This document shows positions 37,825 through 47,932 of a stretch of 64,000 bases of DNA, one piece after another. The position numbers and the translations under genes were made by a program. The DNA is from an uncultured Alistipes sp. (GTDB lineage: Bacteria > Bacteroidota > Bacteroidia > Bacteroidales > Rikenellaceae). The stretch spans positions 8,904 through 72,903 of the forward strand of contig CALLRW010000002.1 in NCBI GenBank assembly GCA_938014215.1. The letters run 5' to 3'. How positions within the stretch are numbered: the stretch's first letter is position 1; each line of letters begins with the position of its first letter. The notes under the pieces are model-generated. The model saw only the letters and a program-made list of their open reading frames with translations. It searched no databases and was not told where the DNA came from.

Positions 37825-38262
37825 ATGAAACGATCCATCCTCCATATCCTCGCGCAACTCTTCGGAATCGTCCTCGTCGCAAGCCTTCCGACGGCCTGCG
37901 CCAACAACGGCGACATGGGCTCGAACTCTCCCGCCTGTGAAGCCTTCCTTGCCTCCGCCGTCCAATACGGCATCTACGGAGGCGGGACCCCGGTGCGGAT
38001 CTTCCAACGAACAGAAGATCAGATCGTCCGCGACAGCGAAGGAACCACGCTCCGCATTCAGGATACGGAGCAGATCAGCGTATTGAACTGTACCTTCTCG
38101 GCCCGTCCGCAGGTCGGAGCAGCCGTCACGGTACGATACGAAGGGGTGGGGATTCCGCTGACGGCCGGCAGCGCCGAATTTCAGGCTCTGAAGAGCGAAG
38201 GAACGCGAATCTGGCTCTGGAACGAAAAGTTGGGGATCGGTATCGTGGCCGACAACCGTTGA
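37825..38262 (+). CDS. small lipoprotein (hypothetical), 18 nt downstream of the protease gene
   Basis: Lipobox LVASLPTAC; 145 aa; codon bias typical of this genome. Confidence 0.6.
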   Translation: MKRSILHILAQLFGIVLVASLPTACANNGDMGSNSPACEAFLASAVQYGIYGGGTPVRIFQRTEDQIVRDSEGTTLRIQDTEQISVLNCTFSARPQVGAAVTVRYEGVGIPLTAGSAEFQALKSEGTRIWLWNEKLGIGIVADNR

Positions 38263-38316
38263 AACTTCCTGTCGGTCTCGGCACAAGGAAAGGGGAGAAC
38301 GGTTTCCAATCCACGA

Positions 38317-38361
38317 AACAAGCGGGCGCAGCATTCGGAAGAAGATGCTGCGCCCGTTGTT
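38317..38361. terminator. bidirectional terminator hairpin
   Basis: AACAAGCGGGCGCAGCAT-tcggaagaag-ATGCTGCGCCCGTTGTT (17-bp stem). Confidence 0.65.
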
Positions 38362-38448
38362 GGTAAGGCTGTCTCGGTCAGCGGAGGCAAATCGGAAGCG
38401 GATCAGAGGCAGGGCAGAAGCGGGTCGAAGGCAGACCGGATCTTCCCG

Positions 38449-39846
38449 CTACTTCTCCAACAGGGCATGACGATAGCCCTGGATCCGGTTCCAGTCGCCC
38501 CGCGTGAAGTCCGGGATCGCTACCGGCATGCTGTTGTGCTCGAGCGACAGTGCCGTCAGCGCCCCGATACACGACCATTCAGCCGCATCGTAGACATCCT
38601 GATCCGACGGCAAGCCGTTGCGCAGGCAGTAGATCAGCCGGTAGTCCATGATAAAGTCCATCCCGCCATGGCCGCCAACCTCACGGGCCTTCGCCTCCAG
38701 CTCCTTCGTGATCGGATGCTTGTATCGCTCCATCAGCGCCTTACGAACCTCCTCCGGCACGAAACTGTGCGCACTCAGGTTCTCGTGGTCCGGAACCTCC
38801 GAAGCCGTCAGCTGCTCCGGCTCGAAGGCATAGCCCTCGATCGGATACTTGTTGGCAAAACCCTTCGTCCCGGTCACCTGGTACATCCGGCTGTAGGGAC
38901 GCGGCGTATAGACGTTATGTTCGAGCAGGATCGTACGGCCCCGTTCGGTCTTGATCAGCGTCAGCGTATGGTCGCCGTTGGCAAAGCGGTCGGCCCCCAT
39001 CTTCTCCCGCGCAATCGCCAGCCCGTTGACCGACGGCGTATCCATCGAGACCAGGTAGTTCATCCGATCACCGCGATGGATATCAAGCAGTTGGCAGGCC
39101 GGACCCAGTCCGTGGGTGGCGTAGACATCGCCCCGGTGCTGCTGGTCGAACGACAGCCGCCAGTTCCCCTGGTAGTAGTCCCAGAAGGGCTCGAGGTTGT
39201 GGATATAAGACCCCTCGGCGTGGAGTAGCTCCCCGAAAAGCCCCTGCTGGGCCATGTTGAGCGTCGTCAGCTCGAAAAAGTCGTAGACGCAGTTCTCGAG
39301 CATCATGCAGTGACGGCGGCTCTTCTCGGCCGTGTTGACCAGCTGCCAGCACTCCTCGAGCGACGTGGCCGCCGGAACCTCCACCGCCACGTGCTTGCCC
39401 TGCTCCATGGCGTAGACCGCCATCGGAACGTGCAGCTGCCACGGCGTGCAGATATAGACCAGATCCAGATCCTCTCGCTCGCAGAGCGCCTTCCACCCGT
39501 CATCCCCGCTGTAGGAGGCCGCCGCCGGAAGACCGCGCCGCGTCAGGATGGCCTGCGCACTGTCGACCCGCTCGGGGTAGAGGTCGCACAAGGCCCGGAT
39601 CGACACGCCGTCGAGGTGGGTGAAGCGCTCGACCGCCCCCGGCCCGCGCATGCCCAGCCCGATGAAGCCCACGCGGACCGTATCCATCGGTTCGCACCGC
39701 AGCCCCAGCACCGACTGTTGGCCCGCTTCGCGTTCGGGAACTTCCGTTACGAGAATTCCATCCTCGATCCGGTACCCCTCCGTACCGCGGCACGCACTCA
39801 GCAGAAGCCCCACCGCGGCGCACCACAAAACAAGGTATCTCTTCAT
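38449..39846 (-). CDS. Gfo/Idh/MocA-family NAD-dependent glycosidase (GH109-like, alpha-N-acetylgalactosaminidase family)
   Basis: Signal peptide; Rossmann motif VGFIGLGMRG; GH109-typical length (~465 aa) and C-terminal blocks. Confidence 0.75.
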   Translation of the reverse strand: MKRYLVLWCAAVGLLLSACRGTEGYRIEDGILVTEVPEREAGQQSVLGLRCEPMDTVRVGFIGLGMRGPGAVERFTHLDGVSIRALCDLYPERVDSAQAILTRRGLPAAASYSGDDGWKALCEREDLDLVYICTPWQLHVPMAVYAMEQGKHVAVEVPAATSLEECWQLVNTAEKSRRHCMMLENCVYDFFELTTLNMAQQGLFGELLHAEGSYIHNLEPFWDYYQGNWRLSFDQQHRGDVYATHGLGPACQLLDIHRGDRMNYLVSMDTPSVNGLAIAREKMGADRFANGDHTLTLIKTERGRTILLEHNVYTPRPYSRMYQVTGTKGFANKYPIEGYAFEPEQLTASEVPDHENLSAHSFVPEEVRKALMERYKHPITKELEAKAREVGGHGGMDFIMDYRLIYCLRNGLPSDQDVYDAAEWSCIGALTALSLEHNSMPVAIPDFTRGDWNRIQGYRHALLEK

Positions 39847-39913
39847 TGTTCAGACAGTTTGGTTCGTTGTACGACAAATGTAGGAAATATTTTGAAATAT
39901 GCGCGCGTTTGAC

Positions 39914-39921
39914 TACTTTTG
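39914..39921 (+). promoter_or_regulatory. -7 promoter element TACTTTTG for lnt
   Basis: TAnnTTTG match 21 nt upstream of the ATG at 39943. Confidence 0.35.
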
Positions 39922-39942
39922 CGGTCATAAAAATCACCTTCC

Positions 39943-41535
39943 ATGTTGCGCAGATTTGCAGCGGTAATCCTTTCGGCCATCCTGCTCGCTCCGGGTTGGC
40001 TCGGACTCTCGGGCATGACGCTCTTTGCGGGTTTCGTACCCCTGCTGTGGATCAGCGACTCATACGGCCCCTCGCGCCGCGACTGGTGGCGCATGTTCGG
40101 GTGGGCAACCCTGGCGTTCGTCCTGTGGAACGCGCTGACCGTCTGGTGGATCTGGTACGCCACGCCCGTCGGGCCCGTGGCCGCCACGCTCGCCTCGACC
40201 ACCCTCAACCTGATTGCATTCATGCTCTTCCATACCGTCTCGAAGCGGGCCCACAAGGCACTGGCATACGTCACGCTCGTCGCCGCATGGATCACCACCG
40301 AGTACTGGTACACCGTCGGCGACTTCTCCTGGCCGTGGCTCATCCTCGGAAACGGCTTCTCGCACGAAGTCTGGGCCGTGCAGTGGTATGAATACACCGG
40401 CGTATTCGGCGGCTCGCTCTGGGTGCTGGTGGTCAACATCCTCCTCTTCGAGGCCTGGAAGGCCCGCCGAAACCTCCGCAAGTGGGGGAGCGTCGTGGCG
40501 GCCATCGCCCTGCCGATGATCCTCTCGGCGGTCGTCCGCGGCTGCTGGAAACAGCCCGGCGAAGGGGCGGTCCGCGTCAGCATCATCCAGCCCAATGTCG
40601 ACTGCTACGACAAGTTCCACGGCGACAGCGAATGGCAGGAGCAGAATATCCTCCAGCTGCTGGGCGAAGTCCCCGGCGACGCTCAATTCATCCTGCTCCC
40701 CGAAACCGCCGTCCCGGGATACTACAACGAACCCCTCCTGAGCGACTACCCCTGGGGAGCAGGCGATGAGGCCGGCCTCTTCTGGCAGCAGCTGCGCGAT
40801 TCGCTCTGTCGGAACCATCCCGGAGCCCTGCTCGTCACCGGAGCCAACACCCTGCGCCACTACGCCGCCGGAGCTCAGACCGAAACGGCCCGACGCGACC
40901 GGTTCGGAAACGGCTATTACGACGTCTTCAACTCGGCCGTGGGGCTCGATTCGACCGGCCGCATGCAGCTGCACCACAAGGGTCGGCTCGTCATCGGCGT
41001 CGAAAACACCCCGACGTGGGTCTTCGACGTGCTGCGCTTCCTGGTCATCGACCTGGGCGGCGTCGTCGGCCAGATCGGCAAGGGTCAGCACGGCACCGCC
41101 TTCGATCACGACGGCGTGAGCGTCGGCCCCGCCATCTGTTACGAGGGGCTCTACGGCGACTTCTACGGCGACTTCGTCCGCCGCGGCGCCCAGTTCATGG
41201 CCATCGTCTCGAACGACGGCTGGTGGGGCGATACCCCCGGGTACCGCCACCTCTTCTCGATCTCGCGCCTGCGCGCCATCGAACACCGCCGCGCCATCGC
41301 CCGGTCGGCAAACACCGGTCAGTCGGGATTCATCTCCCCGCTGGGCGACGTGGGCCAGACGATGGGCTGGGAAGAACGCGGCGTCCTCTCGGCCGAGGTG
41401 CCCCTCAACTCCCAGATGACCTTCTATACGCGCTACGGCGACTACGTGGCGCGCATCGCGGAATACGTCCTGCTGCTCTCGGTACTCTACTTCGTGGCCT
41501 ACCGGATCAAACGGCGAAACTATCTTGTGAAATAA
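39943..41535 (+). CDS. lnt: apolipoprotein N-acyltransferase
   Basis: N-terminal multi-TM domain; C-terminal CN-hydrolase domain with PAICYEGLYGDF (catalytic Cys) and downstream E/K residues. Confidence 0.85.
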   Translation: MLRRFAAVILSAILLAPGWLGLSGMTLFAGFVPLLWISDSYGPSRRDWWRMFGWATLAFVLWNALTVWWIWYATPVGPVAATLASTTLNLIAFMLFHTVSKRAHKALAYVTLVAAWITTEYWYTVGDFSWPWLILGNGFSHEVWAVQWYEYTGVFGGSLWVLVVNILLFEAWKARRNLRKWGSVVAAIALPMILSAVVRGCWKQPGEGAVRVSIIQPNVDCYDKFHGDSEWQEQNILQLLGEVPGDAQFILLPETAVPGYYNEPLLSDYPWGAGDEAGLFWQQLRDSLCRNHPGALLVTGANTLRHYAAGAQTETARRDRFGNGYYDVFNSAVGLDSTGRMQLHHKGRLVIGVENTPTWVFDVLRFLVIDLGGVVGQIGKGQHGTAFDHDGVSVGPAICYEGLYGDFYGDFVRRGAQFMAIVSNDGWWGDTPGYRHLFSISRLRAIEHRRAIARSANTGQSGFISPLGDVGQTMGWEERGVLSAEVPLNSQMTFYTRYGDYVARIAEYVLLLSVLYFVAYRIKRRNYLVK

Positions 41536-41550
41536 AAACCTTTTGCTGTC

Positions 41551-42840
41551 ATGAACTATAACCAGACTCTCGAATTCCTCTTCCAATCGTTGCCCGCCTT
41601 CGAAACCCAGGGCGCAACGGGTTACAAGCCGGGATTGGAGCGAATCTCCGCATTCTGCCGGCACATCGGAAACCCCCAGCGGAACTTCTTCACGATCCAT
41701 GTCGCCGGAACCAACGGCAAAGGCTCCGTGGCTCACATCATCGCCTCCGTCCTGCAGCAGGCCGGATACCGAACCGGACTCTTCACCTCACCCCATCTGG
41801 TCGACTTCCGCGAACGGATCCGTGTCGACGGCGAGATGATCCCCAAACAGAAGGTCGTCAACTTCGTCGACAAGCACCACGACAAGATGGTCGAACTCGA
41901 ACTCTCGTTCTTCGAAATGACCGCCGCCATGGCCTTCGACTACTTCGCCCAGAGCGATGTCGAGGTCGCCGTCATCGAAACCGGCCTCGGCGGCCGCCTC
42001 GATGCCACGAACATCATCGTCCCGATCCTGAGCGTCATCACCAACATCGGACTCGAACACACCGCCCTGCTCGGCGATACGCTCCAGAAGATCGCCCGCG
42101 AAAAGGCCGGCATCATCAAGAAGAGCATCCCGGTCATCATCGGCGAAGCCGACCCGCGCTACAACGAGGTCTTCGAACAGGTGGCCGCCGCCAACAAGTC
42201 GCGCGTCATCTATGCCGAACAGGAGTTCTCCTGCGAGGAGCACCACCGCGAAGGCGACCGGCAGTGCTTCCGCCTGCGCCGAAACCGCGACAACCAGGAG
42301 TTCGATGCCGAACTCGACCTGCAGGGCGACTACCAGTGCCGCAACATCGTCACCGCCTCGGCCGCCGTCGACTTCCTCCACGAGGAGACCCCGCTGACCA
42401 TCTCGCGCCGCGCCTATCTCGAGGGCATGCGCAACGCCGCAGCCAACACCTCGCTGATGGGCCGCTGGCAGAAGATCGGCGACGCCCCGCTGACGATCTG
42501 CGACACGGGACACAACGCCCACGGAATCGCCTGGGTGGCCGAACAGCTCAAGGCGACGCCCCACAAGGAGCTCTACTGCGTCATGGGATTCGTCCGCGAC
42601 AAGGATCTGGCCCACATTCTGCCGCTGCTCCCGCGCGAAGCCCACTATATCTTCACCCAGGCCCGTTCGGAACGGGCTCTGCCGGCTGCCGACCTGACCG
42701 CCAAGGCCGCCATCTACGGCCTGCAGGGCGAAACCGTCGAGCAGGTGGCCGATGCCGTACGGCGGGCCCGCGAACTGGCCGCGCCCGACGACATGATCTT
42801 CATCGGCGGCAGCACCTACGTCGTGGCCGAGGCCCTCTAA
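41551..42840 (+). CDS. folC: bifunctional folylpolyglutamate synthase / dihydrofolate synthase
   Basis: Mur-ligase-family P-loop HVAGTNGKGSVAH; FolC-specific blocks (TSPHLVDFRERI, ETGLGGRLDATN). Confidence 0.85.
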   Translation: MNYNQTLEFLFQSLPAFETQGATGYKPGLERISAFCRHIGNPQRNFFTIHVAGTNGKGSVAHIIASVLQQAGYRTGLFTSPHLVDFRERIRVDGEMIPKQKVVNFVDKHHDKMVELELSFFEMTAAMAFDYFAQSDVEVAVIETGLGGRLDATNIIVPILSVITNIGLEHTALLGDTLQKIAREKAGIIKKSIPVIIGEADPRYNEVFEQVAAANKSRVIYAEQEFSCEEHHREGDRQCFRLRRNRDNQEFDAELDLQGDYQCRNIVTASAAVDFLHEETPLTISRRAYLEGMRNAAANTSLMGRWQKIGDAPLTICDTGHNAHGIAWVAEQLKATPHKELYCVMGFVRDKDLAHILPLLPREAHYIFTQARSERALPAADLTAKAAIYGLQGETVEQVADAVRRARELAAPDDMIFIGGSTYVVAEAL

Positions 42841-42933
42841 CCCGCGCCCAATCCGCCCCGACCCGGGCACAATCCGCCCCGGGCTGCCTCTGACCCGCTC
42901 CCGACCCGGCAGCACGAAGATCCCGCCCCCCGG

Positions 42934-42976
42934 AAAAAAGAGACGTCCGGAACCTGTTCAGGTTCCGGACGTTTTC
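42934..42976. terminator. bidirectional rho-independent terminator
   Basis: AAAAAA-gag-ACGTCCGGAACC-tgttca-GGTTCCGGACGT-TTT. Confidence 0.6.
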
Positions 42977-42977
42977 G

Positions 42978-43283
42978 TCAGGCCTCTCCCATCTTGGGCC
43001 CCGTATCGGGTATCGGATTCGGAGTCGGAATTTCAATCTTGCCCACGTTGCTCTCGTAACGCACGATGTTGTCCTGCAACGAACGAAGCAGCCGCTTGGC
43101 ATGTTCCGGCGTGAGGATGATGCGACTCTTGACGCGCGCCTTCTGCACGCCGGGAAGCACCGTCGCAAAATCAATGATGAATTCCGAGGTGGAGTGCGAA
43201 ATGATCGCCAGGTTCGAATAGTTGCCCTGGGCCACCTCATCGTCCAGATCGAGGTCAATACCGAATTGTTTCATCTCTGCCAT
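42978..43283 (-). CDS. DUF3467-like small protein (101 aa)
   Basis: Start ATG at 43283 (MAEMKQFGIDL...); the six-frame ORF extends upstream only because there is no stop; a -7-like CAAAAATA (= TATTTTTG) at 43308-43315. Confidence 0.55.
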   Translation of the reverse strand: MAEMKQFGIDLDLDDEVAQGNYSNLAIISHSTSEFIIDFATVLPGVQKARVKSRIILTPEHAKRLLRSLQDNIVRYESNVGKIEIPTPNPIPDTGPKMGEA

Positions 43284-43478
43284 ATCCTTCGGAAGATTTG
43301 GTTTTTGCAAAAATAACGGCTTTATCCCCTCGATATGCAATCCCAAAGCCAAAGTTTTCGATTTTTTATCAACAGTTCCGACCCGACGACCAACCCGAAA
43401 TTCCCTTTTTTCGTTTTTCTTGCCGCGGATATTGCGCTTTTTCGTATCTTTGTCGTCTAAACCCCTGTATCCGGAAAT

Positions 43479-44156
43479 ATGGCATTCGAGATCGTTGAAA
43501 CCCTGTTCCGCGGGATCTGCGTGGGTGTCGCAGCTTCCATTACCGTCGGCCCCGTAGCCGTATTGTGCATCCAGCGGACCCTCTCCAAAAGCAGACGCTC
43601 CGGAATCGTCTCGGGCATCGGCGTAGCCTGTGCCGACACCTTCATGGCCATGGCCGCCCTCTTCTTCTACTCGATGCTCCAAACCCAGATCGAGCAGTAC
43701 AACACCCTCCTGAGGGTCATCGGCGGAATCTTCGTCGTCATCGTCGGCGTCTTCATCTTCGCCCAGAACCCCGTCCCGCAAATCCGCCGCAACCGCGCCG
43801 GAAAAACCTCCCTCTGGCAGGATTTCGTCTCCATCTTCGGACTGACGATCGCCAATTTCATCATGGTGGTCCCCTACATCCTCGCCTTCTTCGCCGTCTT
43901 CAAAATCTCAAGCGGCGAAATGACCGACCATACCGTCGGCGGATTCTTCCGCGCCCTGTTCGTCATCGCCGGATTCTTCTGCGGAGCCTCCGCCTGGTGG
44001 ACCCTGCTGGCCTGCGTCATCAACCTCTTCCGCCGCCGTTTCCGACCGCGCCACATGCTCACCATCAACCATGTGGCCGGCATCATCATCGGCGTGCTGG
44101 GCATCTATACCATATTATCCACCTTTTTTGACATCTTCCCCAATGTCGGACACTAA
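43479..44156 (+). CDS. LysE/RhtB-family amino-acid exporter
   Basis: ~225-aa six-TM protein with a LysE-family N-terminal signature; a -7 box TATCTTTG at 43445-43452. Confidence 0.7.
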   Translation: MAFEIVETLFRGICVGVAASITVGPVAVLCIQRTLSKSRRSGIVSGIGVACADTFMAMAALFFYSMLQTQIEQYNTLLRVIGGIFVVIVGVFIFAQNPVPQIRRNRAGKTSLWQDFVSIFGLTIANFIMVVPYILAFFAVFKISSGEMTDHTVGGFFRALFVIAGFFCGASAWWTLLACVINLFRRRFRPRHMLTINHVAGIIIGVLGIYTILSTFFDIFPNVGH

Positions 44157-44868
44157 CACCAACAAAAAGATCATAATCGCCGTCGACGGATTCTCCTCCT
44201 GCGGCAAAAGCACCTTCGCCAAGGCCATCGCCGCTCGGCTGGGCTACATCTTCATCGACACCGGCGCCATGTACCGCGCCGTAACCCTCTACGCCCTCGA
44301 ACACGGCGCCATCCGTTCGGGCATGGTCGACGAAGAGGCCGTCGTACGACTCCTGGACGATATCTCGATCACCTTCCGATTCAACCCCGAACGCGGCGCC
44401 AGCGACATCTATGTCAACGGCGATCTGGCCGAGGGCAAGATCCGCACGATCGAGGTCTCGAACTGCGTGAGCCAGGTCAGCGCCATCCCCCAGGTGCGCC
44501 ACAAGCTGGTGGCCATGCAGCAGGAGATGGGGCGTCAGCGCGGCGTGGTGATGGACGGCCGCGACATCGGCACGGTCGTCTTCCCCGATGCCGAACTGAA
44601 GCTCTTCATGACGGCCGACCCTGAGGTGCGGGCCCAGCGCCGATACAGGGAGCTCCGCGAAAAGGGCATGGAGGTCTCGCTTGAGGAGATCGAACGCAAC
44701 GTCCGCGAACGAGACAAGGCCGACATGAGCCGCGCCGTCTCGCCGCTGCGGCAGGCCGAAGATGCCGTCGTTCTGGACAACAGCCACATGACCGTCGACG
44801 AACAGATGAAGTGGTTCCTCGAACTCTTCACCCGCGTCACCGGTCAGCAGCCCAAATACGGAAAATAG
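44143..44868 (+). CDS. cmk: cytidylate kinase
   Basis: P-loop IAVDGFSSCGKST; CMP-binding YRAVT; lid region. Confidence 0.9.
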   Translation: MSDTNTNKKIIIAVDGFSSCGKSTFAKAIAARLGYIFIDTGAMYRAVTLYALEHGAIRSGMVDEEAVVRLLDDISITFRFNPERGASDIYVNGDLAEGKIRTIEVSNCVSQVSAIPQVRHKLVAMQQEMGRQRGVVMDGRDIGTVVFPDAELKLFMTADPEVRAQRRYRELREKGMEVSLEEIERNVRERDKADMSRAVSPLRQAEDAVVLDNSHMTVDEQMKWFLELFTRVTGQQPKYGK

Positions 44869-44870
44869 CC

Positions 44871-45749
44871 ATGCGCATCGAAATCGACGAAAAATCGGGA
44901 TTCTGCTTCGGCGTGGTCCGCGCCATCACCCAGGCCGAAGAGGCCCTCGCCGAAGGCGGCACGGTCTACTCGCTCGGCGACATCGTCCACAACCGCATCG
45001 AGGTGCAGCGCCTCGAAGAGCTCGGACTGCGGACCGTCACCCACGCCGAGATGCCTGAAATCGCCGGCAGCCGGCTCCTCATCCGCGCCCACGGAGAACC
45101 CCCGACCACCTATGCCGAGGCACGGAAGTTGGGGATTCGCGTCATCGATGCCACCTGTCCGGTCGTCGCCCGGCTCCAGCGCCGCGTCATGAAGGCCCAC
45201 GAGGAGATGCGCCCCGTCGGCGGACAGGTCGTCATCCTCGGAAAACGCGGACATGCCGAGGTCGTGGGGCTCACGGGGCAGGTCGACGCCCCGACCATCG
45301 TCATCGAACGGGCCGAGGATCTGCAGCTGATCGACTTCTCGCGGCCGATCCACTTCCTCTCACAGACCACCCAGAGCATCGCCCTCTTCGAGGAGCTCGG
45401 TGCCGAGATGAAGCGACGGGCAGCGGATCCCGACCGGGTGCGCATCGACGACACGATCTGCCGCCAGGTGGCCAACCGCGAGCAGTATCTCACGGAGTTC
45501 GCCGCACGGTTCGATGTCGTGATCTTCGTCTGCGGCCGCAAGTCCTCGAACGGAAAGGTCCTCTCGGAGGTGTGCCGCCGGGCAAACCCCAGAACCCATG
45601 TCGTCGAGGAGGCCGCGGAGATCGACGCCGAATGGTTCGACGGCGCCGGAAGCGTCGGAATCTGCGGCGCGACGTCCACCCCCAAGTGGCTCATGCAGGT
45701 CGTCGCCGAAGCCGTCGCCGAGAAGACCCGCCCGCAGAAAGAGGCATAA
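44871..45749 (+). CDS. ispH: 4-hydroxy-3-methylbut-2-enyl diphosphate reductase
   Basis: IspH/LytB blocks MRIEIDEKSGFCFGVVRAI, HNRIEV, DATCPVV. Confidence 0.9.
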   Translation: MRIEIDEKSGFCFGVVRAITQAEEALAEGGTVYSLGDIVHNRIEVQRLEELGLRTVTHAEMPEIAGSRLLIRAHGEPPTTYAEARKLGIRVIDATCPVVARLQRRVMKAHEEMRPVGGQVVILGKRGHAEVVGLTGQVDAPTIVIERAEDLQLIDFSRPIHFLSQTTQSIALFEELGAEMKRRAADPDRVRIDDTICRQVANREQYLTEFAARFDVVIFVCGRKSSNGKVLSEVCRRANPRTHVVEEAAEIDAEWFDGAGSVGICGATSTPKWLMQVVAEAVAEKTRPQKEA

Positions 45750-45777
45750 TACACGAAAACAACCAATACCGAAAACC

Positions 45778-46251
45778 ATGAAATACTTCATCCGTTCGTT
45801 AAAATATTTCTGCGCACTGTGCGTTCTATGTGCGGTGATCATGTACCTGAACCAGTTGGCCGGGACCGCCCGTCTCACCGTCGGAGAGACCTTCTACGTG
45901 ATGTTCCACACCACACGCGGCATGCTGCTGCCGGTGGTGATCGTCGTCCTGGCGGCCCTCTATCCCAAATTCGGGTTCATCGTGCGGCAGGTCGAGGGCG
46001 ACATCGACGAAAACCGCCAGCAGATCCTCAATGCCTTCCAGTCGGAGGGATACTCGCTCCGCAGCGATGAGGAGGGCGTGATGACCTTCCGGGCCGACAA
46101 CTGGAGCAAAAAACTCCTCCTGCTCGGAGAAGACGAACTGAAAGTTTCACAATACGGACAATGGATCCGCATCGAGGGGATTCGCCGCAGCGTCGCCCGC
46201 GTGCAGTATCGCCTCGATTCGTATCTGGAGATGTGCAAGCGCGATGAATAA
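45778..46251 (+). CDS. hypothetical membrane protein
   Basis: Two N-terminal hydrophobic segments; overlaps the downstream S41 gene start by 8 nt (coupled). Confidence 0.5.
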   Translation: MKYFIRSLKYFCALCVLCAVIMYLNQLAGTARLTVGETFYVMFHTTRGMLLPVVIVVLAALYPKFGFIVRQVEGDIDENRQQILNAFQSEGYSLRSDEEGVMTFRADNWSKKLLLLGEDELKVSQYGQWIRIEGIRRSVARVQYRLDSYLEMCKRDE

Positions 46252-47908
46252 CAGAAAATACCGCCCGCTGATCGTGACCGCTGCGGCCGTGGCCGTAGTC
46301 GTCCTGACGATCTTCGCCGCCCGAAACGACTTCGGGCTCGGCCGCAACATGGAGATCACCGTCAACATGATGCGCGAACTCTCGCTCAACTATGTCGACA
46401 AGGTCGATCCCGACAAACTCATGGAGGGGGCCGCCGCCGGCATGGTGAGCGATCTGGACCCCTACACGGAGTACATCCCCGAGAAAAACATGCAGGATTT
46501 CGAGCTGCTGACCACCGGCAAGTACGGCGGAATCGGCGCCCTGATCCGCCAGAAGGAGGATTACGTCCGCATCGCACAGCCCTATCAGGGCTCGCCGGCC
46601 GACCGCGCCGGGCTGCGAATCGGCGACAAGATCCTCGCCATCGACGGAAAGGATGCCCGCGGCTTCACCACCGAGGAGGTCTCCTCGCGGCTGAAGGGGC
46701 AGCCCGGCAGCAAGGTCCGCGTCACGGTCGAACACCTCGACGGCTCGCAGCAGACCGAAGCCATCCGCCGCGAACGTATCGCCATCCCCGGGGTCCCCTA
46801 TGCCGGATGGGTGGCCGACGGGATCGGTTACATCCGCCACAACGACTTCACCGAAGGGTGTTACGAGGAGATGCGCGCCGCCATCGAACGGCTCCGCAGC
46901 GAGGGCGAGCTGAAGGGGCTCGTGCTCGACTACCGCTCGAACGGCGGCGGAATCATGCAGGAGGCGGTCAAGATCGTCGGCCTGTTCGTCCCGAAAGGCA
47001 CCGAGGTGGTCAGCACCAAGGGCCGCACCGAAGATTCGAAACAGGTCTACCGTACGCAGTCGGAACCCGTACTGCCCGACCTGCCGCTCGTCGTGCTGGT
47101 GAACAGCGGGACGGCTTCGGCCGCCGAAATCGTCGCCGGATCCCTGCAGGACCTCGACCGCGCCGTGCTCATCGGCCAGCGCAGCTTTGGAAAGGGCCTC
47201 GTGCAGTCGACCCGCCCGCTGGGGTACAACACCATGCTCAAACTCACCACGGCCAAATACTACATCCCCTCGGGACGCTGCATCCAGGCCATCGACTACT
47301 CCCGCTCGCAGGAGGGGGCCGTCCGAACGGTGCCCGACTCGCTCATCTCGGAGTTCAAGACCCGCGCCGGAAGAAAGGTCTATGACGGCGGCGGAATTAT
47401 GCCCGACATCCGCATCGATCCGGAATACATCTCGCGTTTCGCCATGACGCTCTACGCCCTGGGATTCATCGAGGATTTCGGCGACGAGTACACCCGCCGT
47501 CACCCCGGACAGCAGATCGACATTCGCACCTTCTCGATCACGGACGACGACTACGCGGACTTCGCCGCCTTCATGAAGGACAAGAAGGTCCCCTACGAGT
47601 CGGATACGCGACAGGCCCTCAAGGCCCTGAAAAAGGCCGCCGAGGAGGATCGTTTCGCCGACCTGAAGGAGCGGTTCGAAAAACTCGAGGCCGAGCTGAA
47701 GGATGATACGCAGACCAATCTGGAGACCTATCGCGAACAGGTCGTGGAGACGATCAACAACGACATCGTGATGCGCCACGGCTATCAGGCCGGCGTCATC
47801 GAACACTCGCTGCCCGGCGACTCCGGCGTGCAGCGGGCCATCGAGGTGCTGAACGATGCCGCAGAGTATACGCGCATCACCTCGGAGCAGGATACCGCCC
47901 GGAAATAA
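46244..47908 (+). CDS. S41-family carboxyl-terminal processing peptidase (Ctp/Prc-like) with a PDZ domain
   Basis: PDZ block GSPADRAGLRIGDKILAIDG; S41 catalytic region VLVNSGTASAAEI...GKGLVQ. Confidence 0.85.
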   Translation: MNNRKYRPLIVTAAAVAVVVLTIFAARNDFGLGRNMEITVNMMRELSLNYVDKVDPDKLMEGAAAGMVSDLDPYTEYIPEKNMQDFELLTTGKYGGIGALIRQKEDYVRIAQPYQGSPADRAGLRIGDKILAIDGKDARGFTTEEVSSRLKGQPGSKVRVTVEHLDGSQQTEAIRRERIAIPGVPYAGWVADGIGYIRHNDFTEGCYEEMRAAIERLRSEGELKGLVLDYRSNGGGIMQEAVKIVGLFVPKGTEVVSTKGRTEDSKQVYRTQSEPVLPDLPLVVLVNSGTASAAEIVAGSLQDLDRAVLIGQRSFGKGLVQSTRPLGYNTMLKLTTAKYYIPSGRCIQAIDYSRSQEGAVRTVPDSLISEFKTRAGRKVYDGGGIMPDIRIDPEYISRFAMTLYALGFIEDFGDEYTRRHPGQQIDIRTFSITDDDYADFAAFMKDKKVPYESDTRQALKALKKAAEEDRFADLKERFEKLEAELKDDTQTNLETYREQVVETINNDIVMRHGYQAGVIEHSLPGDSGVQRAIEVLNDAAEYTRITSEQDTARK

Positions 47909-47932
47909 ACACCCGCAAAAACCGTAAAGGTC

